Part shown: positions 46,373 through 57,568 of the stretch, in pieces
How positions within the stretch are numbered: the first letter of the stretch is position 1
Layout of the letters: the number at the start of each line of letters is the position of its first letter
Assembly (NCBI GenBank): GCA_963765895.1
Contig: CAVXZB010000078.1
Span: 1-64,000 of the forward strand
Source: an uncultured Nitrososphaeraceae archaeon
Lineage (GTDB): Archaea > Thermoproteota > Nitrososphaeria > Nitrososphaerales > Nitrososphaeraceae
Direction: 5' to 3'
Length of the DNA: 64,000 nt
Notes under the pieces: generated by a model
What the model saw: only the letters and a program-made list of their open reading frames with translations
Told to the model about the DNA's origin: nothing
Databases searched by the model: none
Translations under genes and position numbers: made by a program

Positions 46373-47468
46373 TGATTGCATGTAGCAGATTCATATTAGT
46401 AAAAATCAGAGTCATTGCTGGCTGCACATCACCATAATGCCCATATAACTCCGCTAGCTTGGAATTTAGAATAATCCAACTTCTTGATATCTCTAAAATC
46501 CCATTAATTCAATTCTCCCATTGGATTAGATGACACAGTAAAACTGACACCTTTTTATAAATAGTTTACAGAATTTTTAATCTTTTCTCAGAAAAACGAC
46601 ATATTCATTAAAAACTGATTTATCCAGAAATATATATTTATTATTCTACTAGAATTATGTCAAACCTCATGATATAATAGATTAACCGTCATTGCCAATA
46701 AAATACCATTTTACAATTGTTATTTGTCGTCTTAATCTACTTAGATTTCATTTCAGACACTACTTTTTTCTAGGAGGGAATTACCTACAAATTCTACAAA
46801 CAAGGAGCATGACAATTTTCCGGCAGCGCTCCAAATATCATCATCTGGTGTTTTTATGAGTGGGTAGATTATCTAAATATATTTATCTAATCTTTGACCC
46901 ATATTACTATGTCTTACAAAGTAGACGTCCCTCTTAAATCATTTCACCTAGGAATATTTTTCAGATGGCATATATCATCCATGAAATCTACTGTATCTCG
47001 TTTGCTACCATTAAACCAGGATCATCTCTGATCTGGCGGAGTTATACAGTAACCCATGATTTCAAGGTCAGAATTGGAGTTGTAAAACTCGTACGGTTTG
47101 ATTATTCGACAAATGAACTCGCTCAGACATCCAGCTACATTGTGATAAGAGAGAAGATCCTGGTGCCTAAGATAATTTTCCTAGTATTTTTCAGAAAAGA
47201 TATAGGCGTTAATTTTATATATTCTTCGCGACTAAAGTATAAGAAAATCCTAATCAGAGAGGTGTAAGTGATACGTCATACACAGTTGCTAACAAAAAGC
47301 AAGAAATGGCAACAGAAGCCGCTCTTTACAGACATACAAATAGCAGAAGAATCAAATCCTCAGAAAATGGGTATTTCAACGTAAGTGAAAGTTTGTTAAT
47401 ACCAAATTTCCTGCTTTGTAAAGATTGTTTTTGGTCTGCCTCGGAGGTTTATCGGTACTAGAATTAGT

Positions 47469-47564
47469 ATGAGTTCTGCGTGTCCAGCCTGTGGTCATGA
47501 AGGGGTGATATGTATGCCTATTTGTGGAATCGGCGTGATCAAGTTAGGCGATCGGAAAAATTGA
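47469..47564 (+). CDS. CPxCG microprotein (31 aa, not in ORF track)
   Basis: MSSACPACGHEGVICMPICGIGVIKLGDRKN. Confidence 0.4.
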   Translation: MSSACPACGHEGVICMPICGIGVIKLGDRKN

Positions 47565-48184
47565 CATAATTGATTCGCTAGCTAGCCTAGTTTAATAAGT
47601 TAGGAGCCGTGTGTGTTGGAATTCAATCTTTGATACAAAGTTGCCTTATAAGATAGACATTTCTTACTATCTATCTCGGATTGGGTCTTAATTGATACAA
47701 GTATTCAAAGCTAGGTCTTAATAATTATCTCAGACTTACCTACTTAATTCCATGTTTAGCCTTACTATAATACCTAACCAGTTAGCTAGATATTGCCTCA
47801 GCGTCACAGTAGAGACTGATATAAAATTGGCGATTGTGCTAAAATAATGCATAGTCGGCTGCCCTTAAATCTGTGAATCTCCTGAATGACTATCTAATAC
47901 AAAATGCAACATTTAATCAGGTTGCACATAAGACACGAGGTAAAATTCAGATTTAACATTGTCGTTACCCAGATAGGAATTTAGATTAACGAATATTCCT
48001 GTTATATCTAAACATGACTTCGATCCTCTGACTATCTGATGAGTGTTCCTTCTAAAGAATGAGTCGCGCAACTGAAAGAAAACCAGTATAAATGATCAAG
48101 TGATATCGCGCGTAATATTACTTTGTAACACATTGAAAACTTTGAGCTTAATTAAGATTGGCGTTAAAAGATAATAGAAAGTTC

Positions 48185-48322
48185 ATGTCATCAACAACAC
48201 ACAAGAACATTTTATGCCCATATTGTCAGTCAAAATTTAAAGACAAGACCGAATTATCCAAACACATAGACAGAATACATACAGGTTTAGGGTTACTAGA
48301 AGGAGATAGACGTCAGTGTTAA
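48185..48322 (+). CDS. single C2H2 zinc-finger microprotein (45 aa, not in ORF track)
   Basis: MSSTTHKNILCPYCQSKFKDKTELSKHIDRIHTGLGLLEGDRRQC. Confidence 0.8.
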   Translation: MSSTTHKNILCPYCQSKFKDKTELSKHIDRIHTGLGLLEGDRRQC

Positions 48323-48830
48323 ATGTATCACAAGTACTATTCCACAGCTGATTAACAAAAAGATGTGATTCATTCCCCTTCTCCTAGATCTAATAATATT
48401 TTCAAATTGATTTTACTAAATCATGCATGTACTAATCAGTTAAGACATTTTATTGAAATTGAAGCGATACAATAAAAACTAAACTGCCTGCAATCCAAGT
48501 AAATATGTGCATCGCGTACACATCATTGGCGGACCAATTTGGCTAGCCATTTGAAGTTACTAGCTACAAAGTTATTAGATTTTATGTTCTGAAAGCTAGT
48601 ATCAGCATACTTATATCTTATTGACTTGTACTTCATATTCCTGTTGAGTTTTGTCGAGTAATCCAAGCGCTCGATTACAACAAATACTAAATATATTAAA
48701 TAAGATAATAATAGACAAGAAAATTTATTTTATAATAGACTTCAAATCTGGAGTTCAGTTAGACTTCTTAATTACTGAATCAGCAAGGTAGACGAATAAA
48801 TAACCATTGCGATATACATTGGACATAATC

Positions 48831-48863
48831 ATGACAATATTGTTTCCGGTAACCCATTGTCAT
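48831..48863. promoter_or_regulatory. candidate operator ATGACAAT-N17-ATTGTCAT upstream of the proteasome operon
   Basis: Perfect 8-bp inverted repeat about 60 bp before the beta ATG. Confidence 0.4.
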
Positions 48864-48924
48864 TGTCGTGACCATTCTTTTCTAAAAGTGGTCAATAATA
48901 ATAAGTATTTCTATATATTATTAG

Positions 48925-49512
48925 ATGACAACGATAGTTGGGCTCAGAACCAAGTATGGCGTTATACTTGGTTCTGACAGAAGAGCAAGTAAAGGGTTCT
49001 TTATAGGATCCAAAATAACCCAAAAAATAACACGAATGGATGATACACTAGCTGTTGCTGTTGCAGGGCAGCTGTCAGACGCAGAACACATCATCAAAGT
49101 TGCTAAAGGTGAGCGAAAATTGATAGAACTACGTAGGGGATTTCCTCTAACAGTTAAGGAATCCTCAAGGTTGATTGCCAACTTGGCATATTCTGGTCTT
49201 AAGAACTACCAACCATACTTTGTAGAGTTGATAGTCGCAGGAGTTGATAGTGAGGGCGGGCATGTCTATGTGGCCGACATGAGTGGCGCCATAACCAGTG
49301 AGGACTTCGCCGCGTCAGGCTCTGGAGCTCCAGTTGCTTATGGTGTGCTTGAAAATCTATATCAGAGTGAAATGACTAACGAGCAGGCAAAGCAGATTGC
49401 GGAAAAAGCGGTATCTGCTGCAATGGAGAGAGATCCTGGTTCAGGGAACGGAATCGATGCTTTGGTCATTCCAAATGTAATGCAGCTTCCGCAACAGGAG
49501 CATGTGAATTAG
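48925..49512 (+). CDS. psmB: 20S proteasome beta subunit without propeptide
   Basis: M-TTIVG; Thr1, Asp17, Lys33, SGSG and RDPGSG conserved; in-frame TAG directly before ATG. Confidence 0.93.
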   Translation: MTTIVGLRTKYGVILGSDRRASKGFFIGSKITQKITRMDDTLAVAVAGQLSDAEHIIKVAKGERKLIELRRGFPLTVKESSRLIANLAYSGLKNYQPYFVELIVAGVDSEGGHVYVADMSGAITSEDFAASGSGAPVAYGVLENLYQSEMTNEQAKQIAEKAVSAAMERDPGSGNGIDALVIPNVMQLPQQEHVN

Positions 49513-49514
49513 AA

Positions 49515-50201
49515 ATGTCAGAAATTGGTGGCTCAGCAGTTAGTAACAATACCAGATATCCCTACTATTATGGTCCAGAAGGACGACTGGTATTAGTAGA
49601 CAGCGCGTTAGAAGCTGTAAGCAGAGGGTCAACTACCATTGGTATAAAAACACGAGATTTTGCACTGATTTCGAGTCATATTAAACCAACTAAGGCGCTG
49701 GTCGAGCCTGCTGAAAAGATCTTTACCATAGATCAGCATATTGGTGCTACTGGTTCTGGATATATTGGCGATATACTACAATTAATAGATGAGATTAGGA
49801 TAGCAGCCCAAAGGCATCGCCTTTCTTATGAAAGCCCGATAGATATCAATTCCCTTGCAAAGTACCTTAGCTCCTACTTACATAACTATACAATCTACGC
49901 TGTAAGACCACAGGCCGCCTCTATAATAATTTCTGGATTGGATCAAACAGGTATTCAGTTGTACCAAGTTGACCCTAGCGGGACTTATTTTCGTGGATCT
50001 GGCTTTGCTATAGGTCATTACTCTGATATTGCCTTAGATGTGCTCCAACGAGAGTACAATCCCGATTTGAGTATCGATGAAGCAATCGCACTTGGCAATA
50101 AAGCAATGGAAAGAGCATTGGACGAAGGACCGCTTGTAGAAACTGGCATAGTGACTGTTAAGGACGGGGTATTCAGGAAGCTTACTAACACCCAAAGCTA
50201 A
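49515..50201 (+). CDS. psmA: 20S proteasome alpha subunit with divergent gate
   Basis: GPEGRL..EAVSRGSTTIGIK, EKIF, LYQVDPSGTY. Confidence 0.92.
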   Translation: MSEIGGSAVSNNTRYPYYYGPEGRLVLVDSALEAVSRGSTTIGIKTRDFALISSHIKPTKALVEPAEKIFTIDQHIGATGSGYIGDILQLIDEIRIAAQRHRLSYESPIDINSLAKYLSSYLHNYTIYAVRPQAASIIISGLDQTGIQLYQVDPSGTYFRGSGFAIGHYSDIALDVLQREYNPDLSIDEAIALGNKAMERALDEGPLVETGIVTVKDGVFRKLTNTQS

Positions 50202-50686
50202 ATTAGGCAAGCACTGTCCAGTCATGCTGAAAAGAACGTTCATAGAGTAGCAATGCCCTACTGTTTTTTTCGTACCTTTAAAGTAGCTTCTACTATTTGC
50301 TCAGTGATATCTAATTCCGGAGCACTCCAAAAGAGACCAGCATAACCTCGACGTTGATAAAATTTCCAGATTTGTGTTGCCCACACAAATTCGATCTAGC
50401 CTCATAACATGTTTTCTAGAAACTAAAATAGATCTATGTCGTATTGCTCGTTCAATTGTAATAGTAGACCTATTTGCTGGTTAAGGACGCCATTTACTTA
50501 ATTAGTATAAAAAACTCCGATAGCAAAGTTAAGATAAAGACGTGACTTCTTTTCTTAGGCTACACCTTCTAATGTACAGTTCGGCATGCCATTTAAGATA
50601 GCAGGTTCTTCAGAACAATATGTTTTCATGCTAGAAGACAAACGCTTACAATACTTAAAATACTCTCTAAAGCTATATATTTACAT

Positions 50687-51025
50687 ATGAATTTCGGACT
50701 CTATTCAAATAAGGCTAGAGAAATATCTTTTGAAAGTCATTTATCATCTTTGGAGCAGGAACCCAAACAAATACTACTCGAAATCCGCGACTTCGTGAAA
50801 TCACTCGGTAGCAATGTCATCGAAGAGATAAGGCCACACAGAATAGTCTACGCTAAGTCTTTAACCTTCAGGACTTTCTTGGATATCCAACCAAGAAACA
50901 ACGCCTTGGTCATATCGATAAGAAATAGTAGAACCGAACCTGCTTCAGTTAACACTATTCAAAGCCCACTTCAGTCGGCTGATATTAAAACTCAAATTGC
51001 AGTTGCATATAATTCGATTAAGTGA
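50687..51025 (+). CDS. DUF5655-like protein
   Basis: IRDFVKSLGSNVIEEIRPHRIVY..IAVAY pattern. Confidence 0.7.
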   Translation: MNFGLYSNKAREISFESHLSSLEQEPKQILLEIRDFVKSLGSNVIEEIRPHRIVYAKSLTFRTFLDIQPRNNALVISIRNSRTEPASVNTIQSPLQSADIKTQIAVAYNSIK

Positions 51026-51193
51026 CCGATATCTAAGCAATTTGCTTCAGTAATACAGAACAAGTAATTGCTAAACTACTACTGCGGAATTTGACTTATT
51101 TGGAAAATCATAATTGTACTCTATGAAGACTTTGCTGTTGGTGCATTAGGCTCTCTGATAAAGATTCGTAATTTAGTCAAGAAATATGAGAAT

Positions 51194-52162
51194 ATGGTCG
51201 CTTTGGATGAGATTAACCTTGATATTTTTGATAACGAAGTGTTTGGGCTTTTGGGACCTAATGGTGCAGGAAAAACTACTCTCATCCATATTCTTGCCAC
51301 GCTGCTAAAGCCTACGTACGGCACTGCTCTTGTAAATGGCTTCGATACTGTTAAAGATTCTTCAAAAGTTAGGTCAAGTATAGGGATTGTCTTTCAGGCT
51401 CCCAGTAGCGACGACATGCTCACGGCGTACGAGAATCTGAAGTTACATTCTTTGCTCTATGGTGTTCCTCAACACATAAGAGAAAAGAGAATTCTGGAAG
51501 TACTAGAATTGGTAGGGCTTACCGATAGGAAAGACCATCAAGTAAGAAAATACTCGGGTGGTATGAGAAGGAGGTTGGAACTTGCTAGGGGTCTCCTTCA
51601 TAAACCTAAGGTAATGTTTCTTGATGAACCAACATTAGGCCTAGACCCGAAAAGCAGAGGAATAATGTGGGATTATATTAAGGGATTAGTACAATATGAG
51701 AAAATTACATTGGTAATGACTACACACTATATGGAAGAAGCTGACGTACTATGCGACAGAATAGGATTTATCAATAGGGGAAAAATAATTGCACTGGATT
51801 CGCCAGAGAGGCTTAAGGAAAATGTAGGAGGAGAGATTATTGAGATCGAATTAACAGATAAGGGTAGTCAAGACAGAATTATAGAGGATATTAGAAAGAT
51901 ATTGAAACAATTCAGATTTGTACGTAAGGTGGAATTCGACAAGGAGAGTGGGGTGGCCGCTATCCATGTAGATGATGCATCACATAATTTAATCCCGATC
52001 CTTAGAACAGTAATTAAAGACAACGATATTGGACGTGTAGATTTGAGAAGACCAACGTTAAATGATGTCTTCCTCAGGTTCACTGGAAAAAACATCTTGG
52101 AAAATGATTCACCGGAGGGAGGCTTCATGGAAAAATATGCTCGATATACTGAAAATAAGTAG
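51194..52162 (+). CDS. ABC-2 (DrrA-like) ATP-binding protein
   Basis: GPNGAGKTT, YSGGMRRRLE, FLDEPT, TTH; the homology appears to begin upstream (LIKIRNLVKKY). Confidence 0.95.
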   Translation: MVALDEINLDIFDNEVFGLLGPNGAGKTTLIHILATLLKPTYGTALVNGFDTVKDSSKVRSSIGIVFQAPSSDDMLTAYENLKLHSLLYGVPQHIREKRILEVLELVGLTDRKDHQVRKYSGGMRRRLELARGLLHKPKVMFLDEPTLGLDPKSRGIMWDYIKGLVQYEKITLVMTTHYMEEADVLCDRIGFINRGKIIALDSPERLKENVGGEIIEIELTDKGSQDRIIEDIRKILKQFRFVRKVEFDKESGVAAIHVDDASHNLIPILRTVIKDNDIGRVDLRRPTLNDVFLRFTGKNILENDSPEGGFMEKYARYTENK

Positions 52163-52696
52163 GAAATTCTAACAAACGGTAATTGTCATCTGTTTTCCTC
52201 AATTTCACCTAACCCAATTTATCTATGGCTCAAATTAATTTCTGGATTAACATTACTGTTTTAGAGTAAACAGCTGGCGAATATATTATAGCGTTTTTGG
52301 GATTGCGTTAGACGATTCAAACATTTCTTAGTCGTCGCACTATGTTAGGTCATTTTCAGTTGATCCACAACGCTCGAACGGCACAAGAAAAACGAATGTT
52401 CTCAAAATTAGACGCAAAGAGATAAAATAGAAATTCCAAATCTGCAGCCGCCACCATTAGAATCATACGATCAAGGTATTCCCTTCCGAATTTGGAATAT
52501 ATTCTTGGGGAAAAGAATTTAGGATTAAAAAATACGTTACAATTCGCACAAGAAAAGAATGTATAATTTCACTAGTTACTGTATTACTGGGCGGATGTTT
52601 AGTACTTTCCTTTTATAGATTTGCAGAACTAGGTAAATAGTAAAAATCTAGCTTAGAATGTATTAGGATTTGGTATGTTGCACAGTTGGCAAAAAC

Positions 52697-52987
52697 TTAG
52701 GCGCGTGCATTAATAGTTCTCTTGCCAAAGGTGTTTTGAACTACCAACTCTCCCATTCGATTATAAACTTCCAAGTAATGCATTCCTTTGGGAGTTGTCT
52801 TGAAAGACCTTTCACCTTCAATATATTCCAAAAGATCATTTTCAATAAGAATTTTCAAATATTCTCTTAAAAGATTATACGATAAGTATGTCCTGAACTG
52901 AATTTCAGTTATCCTTATGACGTTTCCGTTAGCACATTCCAAAATTGCTCCTATTATCTCTGTCCTGGATCTATGTACAGGTTTCAT
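52697..52987 (-). CDS. winged-helix regulator (HTH_45-like)
   Basis: HRSRTEIIGAILE..LSYNLLREYL..FKTTPKG. Confidence 0.92.
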   Translation of the reverse strand: MKPVHRSRTEIIGAILECANGNVIRITEIQFRTYLSYNLLREYLKILIENDLLEYIEGERSFKTTPKGMHYLEVYNRMGELVVQNTFGKRTINARA

Positions 52988-53671
52988 TTCTAGTTATAAT
53001 AGAGAATAACTTCTCCTTATTTAATTCTAATTCATGTTAAATAGTATAGATTAGATCAAAAGAAACTACTATAACACTTTTATAGAATATTTATCTTGTA
53101 CCTTATATGATTATCTTAATAAAAACGAAGGCTCACATCACACTGTGTACTTGTGAATGTCATTGAATATTTGATATTAGCTACATAAGGTAAACCACCT
53201 GGAATTGACGGTACAATCCAGATCTTGTCGCCTTGCGTATCTTCCCAGAACAGTTAGTCTACAGGACGCCGTGTCCAGCTAATAAGTGCAGGCCAGCATG
53301 CACACGTACGGTTACGGACATACATTAATCGGGTATAGCTTTCTTTTCTTCCTGATAATCAAAATTTGATATGCCTAAAAAATTTGTTTCGCTAATGAAA
53401 TGTATAAGAGCATTCGCTCAGAACACTATTCAATAATTCTTATTAAGAAGATACGACATGATTGCTATTGTTATTCCGTTTCGTGGTAACGTCCAGAAAG
53501 AATTACCTTCAATTCTCCAAGAGATATCTACATCTGGTAACTATAAATGCGGATCCTCAAGGCCAAACTTGGAAGAAGATAGAAAAACTAGAAAAAAATT
53601 GATAACTAATTCTGCCGTTATATCAGAATGAAATAACTGTTTTGAAGAGAAGGGACTGGCATATCCAACTG

Positions 53672-53845
53672 TTAAGGATCGGCATTCGTATCGTATGGGG
53701 TGTCGGTCCCATACCAATGGTCCCAAACATATTTGCAACGTCCGCAATCATTTAACCTACCTTGTTTACGTATCTCGCAATCTAAAAAATGTCGATAATC
53801 TTCATCAATTGGATATTTATATTTCTCTAATCTTGGTATGAACAT
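53672..53845 (-). CDS. small hypothetical protein
   Basis: MFIPRLEKYKYP..HFLDC..CGRCKYVWDHWYG; start uncertain. Confidence 0.45.
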   Translation of the reverse strand: MFIPRLEKYKYPIDEDYRHFLDCEIRKQGRLNDCGRCKYVWDHWYGTDTPYDTNADP

Positions 53846-54469
53846 TAGTCGTAATAATATTCGCAGGACTTTCTTAAAAAATATTGCTTGAATAATCTTA
53901 TCACGTTGCGCCAAAGCCGGACATATCAAGACCGTCACATACGACAGCTTTAAAGATAGAGAAGACTTGCAGCTAGCCCATAAAATTATCATACTAACTA
54001 AATTAAAGTTAGAAAATTTGAAGGCGCATCATCACTATTATTGTTTTATTAATCCTTCCATTCTCGATAACAACTTGAAAGTAGGAAATGATAAAAATAT
54101 GGGTCTGTCCGGTCCGGCCTCTGAATACCAGACGGGTATAAATTCAATTTAAGTCTAAGCGAGGCTCTAATAAAACTCCTGATATTCTATATCTTACAAA
54201 TGATAATTATTTTTAGACCTGAGTCCTATAGTCGCGTATTGTCTTGGTTCTTCACAATTCAATATTAGTTCACGTTACCATTAGTTGAGGTTTTTTCATA
54301 TCCTTCAAGGAAGCAAATTCCAAATTTTTATAAAATTAAAAATATCAAATGGTATCACATAGTACAATTGGAATTTGGAATTTCGAAGCGAAGTCAACCC
54401 TACCTTTAGAATTTAGTGGCGTGAGACTCTGCTCTCCATAGGTATGTCCCAGGTTCTAGCATTTATTAA

Positions 54470-54811
54470 TTGCGTGACTCCAATAATGAAGATAATAATT
54501 TGTACACTATGTCATTTCATGTTATTAGTATCATCGCGATTTTCAGTGCTGCGATAATTCCCTTATATATCAGTATTAGGATTAAGGGCGGTAATAAATA
54601 TGGAATTAGAACTTTAACAATTGTTTTAACACTGTTTATTGTGATACACGGTCTTTATCACCTCGCTGAGCTATTGGGATATCATATGTTAGGAGAGGGA
54701 TTCCTTGAGCCGTTATCCGTCGTGATCCTAATTGTGTTTGGCATCATCATGATACGGATTCTATATCCGAGTTCTATACTTACAAAAAAGCTGAGAGGTG
54801 GATCTAGATAG
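54470..54811 (+). CDS. 3-TM membrane protein
   Basis: Three hydrophobic helices; intramembrane HGLYH. Confidence 0.85.
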   Translation: MRDSNNEDNNLYTMSFHVISIIAIFSAAIIPLYISIRIKGGNKYGIRTLTIVLTLFIVIHGLYHLAELLGYHMLGEGFLEPLSVVILIVFGIIMIRILYPSSILTKKLRGGSR

Positions 54812-55137
54812 TAGCTATCGAATCGGCTGAGGACATTTCAAATAATTTAACCCTTCCCCTTTTAGTTATTGCCCTTGGCATATTTTTCTGGATAGTAATT
54901 AAATCGAGAAGTATTAGGAATTTTCAATCTCAAATTTCGATATTTATTATTATTTGGATTATGGGCGAAATCACGAACGTTTTGCAACAAAACGGTCTGT
55001 TTATTACTCAAAATTTTGAGGAGATCGGGTTGGAAATTCACGTTGCCGCCATGGTTTTTTTTAGCGTCCTTCTATGGTTCAGGTTTTATTACTATTACAA
55101 ATCCCAAAGGCGACTCGCTGATAACTTTGAGATATAA
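54808..55137 (+). CDS. 3-TM membrane protein with apparent ATA start (109 aa, not in ORF track)
   Basis: GAGGTG 7 nt upstream of ATA 54808; VAIESAED..IIIWIMGEI..IGLEIHVAAMVFFSVLLWFRFYY. Confidence 0.8.
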   Translation: MVAIESAEDISNNLTLPLLVIALGIFFWIVIKSRSIRNFQSQISIFIIIWIMGEITNVLQQNGLFITQNFEEIGLEIHVAAMVFFSVLLWFRFYYYYKSQRRLADNFEI

Positions 55138-55179
55138 CAGTTAGCTTTGTAATCTATTTCAACCGCTCAAATTTTTCAT

Positions 55180-55533
55180 TCAATGGAGGGATAGTAATTT
55201 TTCAGTTACATTTTCCATCGGATCAATATTATACTCTGCGTATACGACAATATTATCATATTCATAATTAATTCTAAGTGATTTGAACACACTTCTAAAC
55301 AAAGTGAACTTCTTTCCCTCCTCAGTAATTTCGTTCCTAGTCGATATAAGAAGTCTCTTATCTAGAAGCCACTTAATTTTTCTATAAGCAGTAGTATGAG
55401 GAATATTGCACTCTCTAATCACTTCATTTACTGATCTCTCCCTAACTAACGCGCAATCCAAAATCTTGACAATCTCCCGGTCAGCCAGCGCGGCTAATAC
55501 GGACTGTCTTACTTGGGCACTCAGGAAGCTCAT
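55180..55533 (-). CDS. ArsR-like winged-helix regulator
   Basis: VLAALAD..KIL..SVNEVIRECNIPHTTAYRKIKWL, GKKFTLFRS. Confidence 0.9.
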   Translation of the reverse strand: MSFLSAQVRQSVLAALADREIVKILDCALVRERSVNEVIRECNIPHTTAYRKIKWLLDKRLLISTRNEITEEGKKFTLFRSVFKSLRINYEYDNIVVYAEYNIDPMENVTEKLLSLH

Positions 55534-56008
55534 TCCGTCTCTATAAATGTCTATATTAGAATATCTAACTTATTAACTTAATTATCAAGACTGGCTTAGC
55601 ACATTAAAAATATGATCTGAAAATCTTATAGGAGGACAGTCATCATACTTGATATTACTAAATGCCTGTCAATGATGTCAATAGTATCTGATTGCCTAAG
55701 ATAACACCTGGCGGCGACTTGATTTACAGTTAAAATTAGGAGATGAATTGGTTATGGTGAGGAACCTAAATGCCCGTAATTTAGTATACTCATACAGGTT
55801 GGTGTGTCCAAGGTTTACAAATATGGAATATAGAAAGAGTTCTACTCATTATTGAATTCATCAGACATAATCAATATAAAGCCTATATTTAGTCTCAGAT
55901 GGCAAATTCATAAAGTAGTCACAGCGATCAGGGGCTCTAACCAATGCAGGCGGAATCCTTGAAATTCCTAAATACTCAATTTTCAATTGTCCTCTATAAG
56001 CGATCTAC

Positions 56009-56612
56009 CTACGAATGAACAAATCTAATGCTTTTGTCTCCAGCTTTTCTCAAAAACTTTTTTATATCAACAATTATATCGCAGAATCTCTTCGAGGAAC
56101 CCCCTTGAAATACACTATAATTTCTCAGATGTGGAATTTGTAGTGGTCGGGCAGAAATTAACCAGATGTTATCGATTTCAGGCTGAATCGATTTAAGCTG
56201 TGAAATTTTTTTTATACTCTCAGGCTCGCGGATGATAGCAATAACTACTGCCTTCTGAGGATTTTTCATCAAGCATCGTACATTTGGAATAGCTAAATCG
56301 ATTTTTAGCTTTTTATTAACCTCAATCTTTCTTGCAGAAGGCAAGGTCGAGGCAGTAAGCATGAAATGTAAAAGAGCCTCGCAGAGATCTCAGTACCAAA
56401 TTATCAGCAATTTCGATTTTTGAGGTGTTTCGCAGCCTTGACAGGCAAGTGTCCATAATAATCTGTAGATATTTTCTTGAAGCTTGAAGATCGGAACTTA
56501 CAAGGTCTTTTTGAATATTTTGTTTGCCAAGTTCATCTATTACACTATATAGAGACTGTACAAGATCTACTTTAACTGACATCTTGTCTGGATCTATTGA
56601 TGGTATATTCAC
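56009..56612 (-). CDS. conserved hypothetical protein, +1 frameshift at ~56387
   Basis: Two overlapping ORFs join to give ..LCEALLHFMLTASTLPSARK..IDLAIP. Confidence 0.7.
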
Positions 56613-56815
56613 GCATTAGCATATATGCATTATCCGGAAATATATTGGTAATACGCAGAATCGTTTAATTTAATGCTCATGGGTCACATTTACATAGGCA
56701 GGTTGATGCGACCTATATTGACCAATCGAACAAATATATGGTCTTAAAATTAAGAATGATTATGATTAGGAACCTAACTTTGGGTTATTTTTTGATTGCT
56801 AGGGAACGATAGCTC

Positions 56816-57568
56816 ATGGACATTGTAACCGATGAACTGCCCGCGGGTTCCTTATTCGACCAAATCCGTGCGAGAGTAAGAAAAACATTGAAAAATGGGG
56901 TCCAACTTGACATGTCAACCCAAGAAAGCAGGAAACTGTTGAGAAGACACGTGAACTCGAAAACAAACTTCGTCTTCCTATTTGTAGATATCAATAATTC
57001 AACCCAAATGAGTCTCTCAATGCAAGAAGACAGGTTTGCTCTGTTGATTCAGGTATTCGCTCAAGAGATAAGCGTTGTCGTTTCTGGTTACGGCGGATAT
57101 GTGTTTAAATACGTAGGAGATGCAGTTATAGTGTTATTTCCAGCAGGGCACGATCCAAGTAAGGCTTGCGTCAATGCAATGAGCTGTTCTAAGACTATAC
57201 TTGATATTATTCGAAACATCATATCCCCAATTTTTGAAGAAATGAGTTTACCTGATATTAAGGTAAGAATCGGCATCGATTATGGGGAAGTTTTGGTAGT
57301 TGTATATGGAAAGGATGTTCAAAAAGCGCATATCGACATCTTGGGTTCCGCAATTAACATAGCATCAAAAATTGCTTCTATAACCCAAGCTAATCAAATA
57401 TTAGTGGGCGAGTCAGTTTATAATATATTAGGCCAATCAAAGAATGAGAGAATTTATCTCAATAATGTGGTACCTCTACGTGAGATAACGCTTGATACTG
57501 CTAAATGGAATTACCCTTCTTATCTGAACGTCGGGAGCGTCTACAGGGTGTATGAATATACTTGTTAA
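56816..57568 (+). CDS. class III adenylate/guanylate cyclase
   Basis: FVDINNST, KYVGDAV, RIGIDYG, DILGSAINIASKI. Confidence 0.93.
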   Translation: MDIVTDELPAGSLFDQIRARVRKTLKNGVQLDMSTQESRKLLRRHVNSKTNFVFLFVDINNSTQMSLSMQEDRFALLIQVFAQEISVVVSGYGGYVFKYVGDAVIVLFPAGHDPSKACVNAMSCSKTILDIIRNIISPIFEEMSLPDIKVRIGIDYGEVLVVVYGKDVQKAHIDILGSAINIASKIASITQANQILVGESVYNILGQSKNERIYLNNVVPLREITLDTAKWNYPSYLNVGSVYRVYEYTC

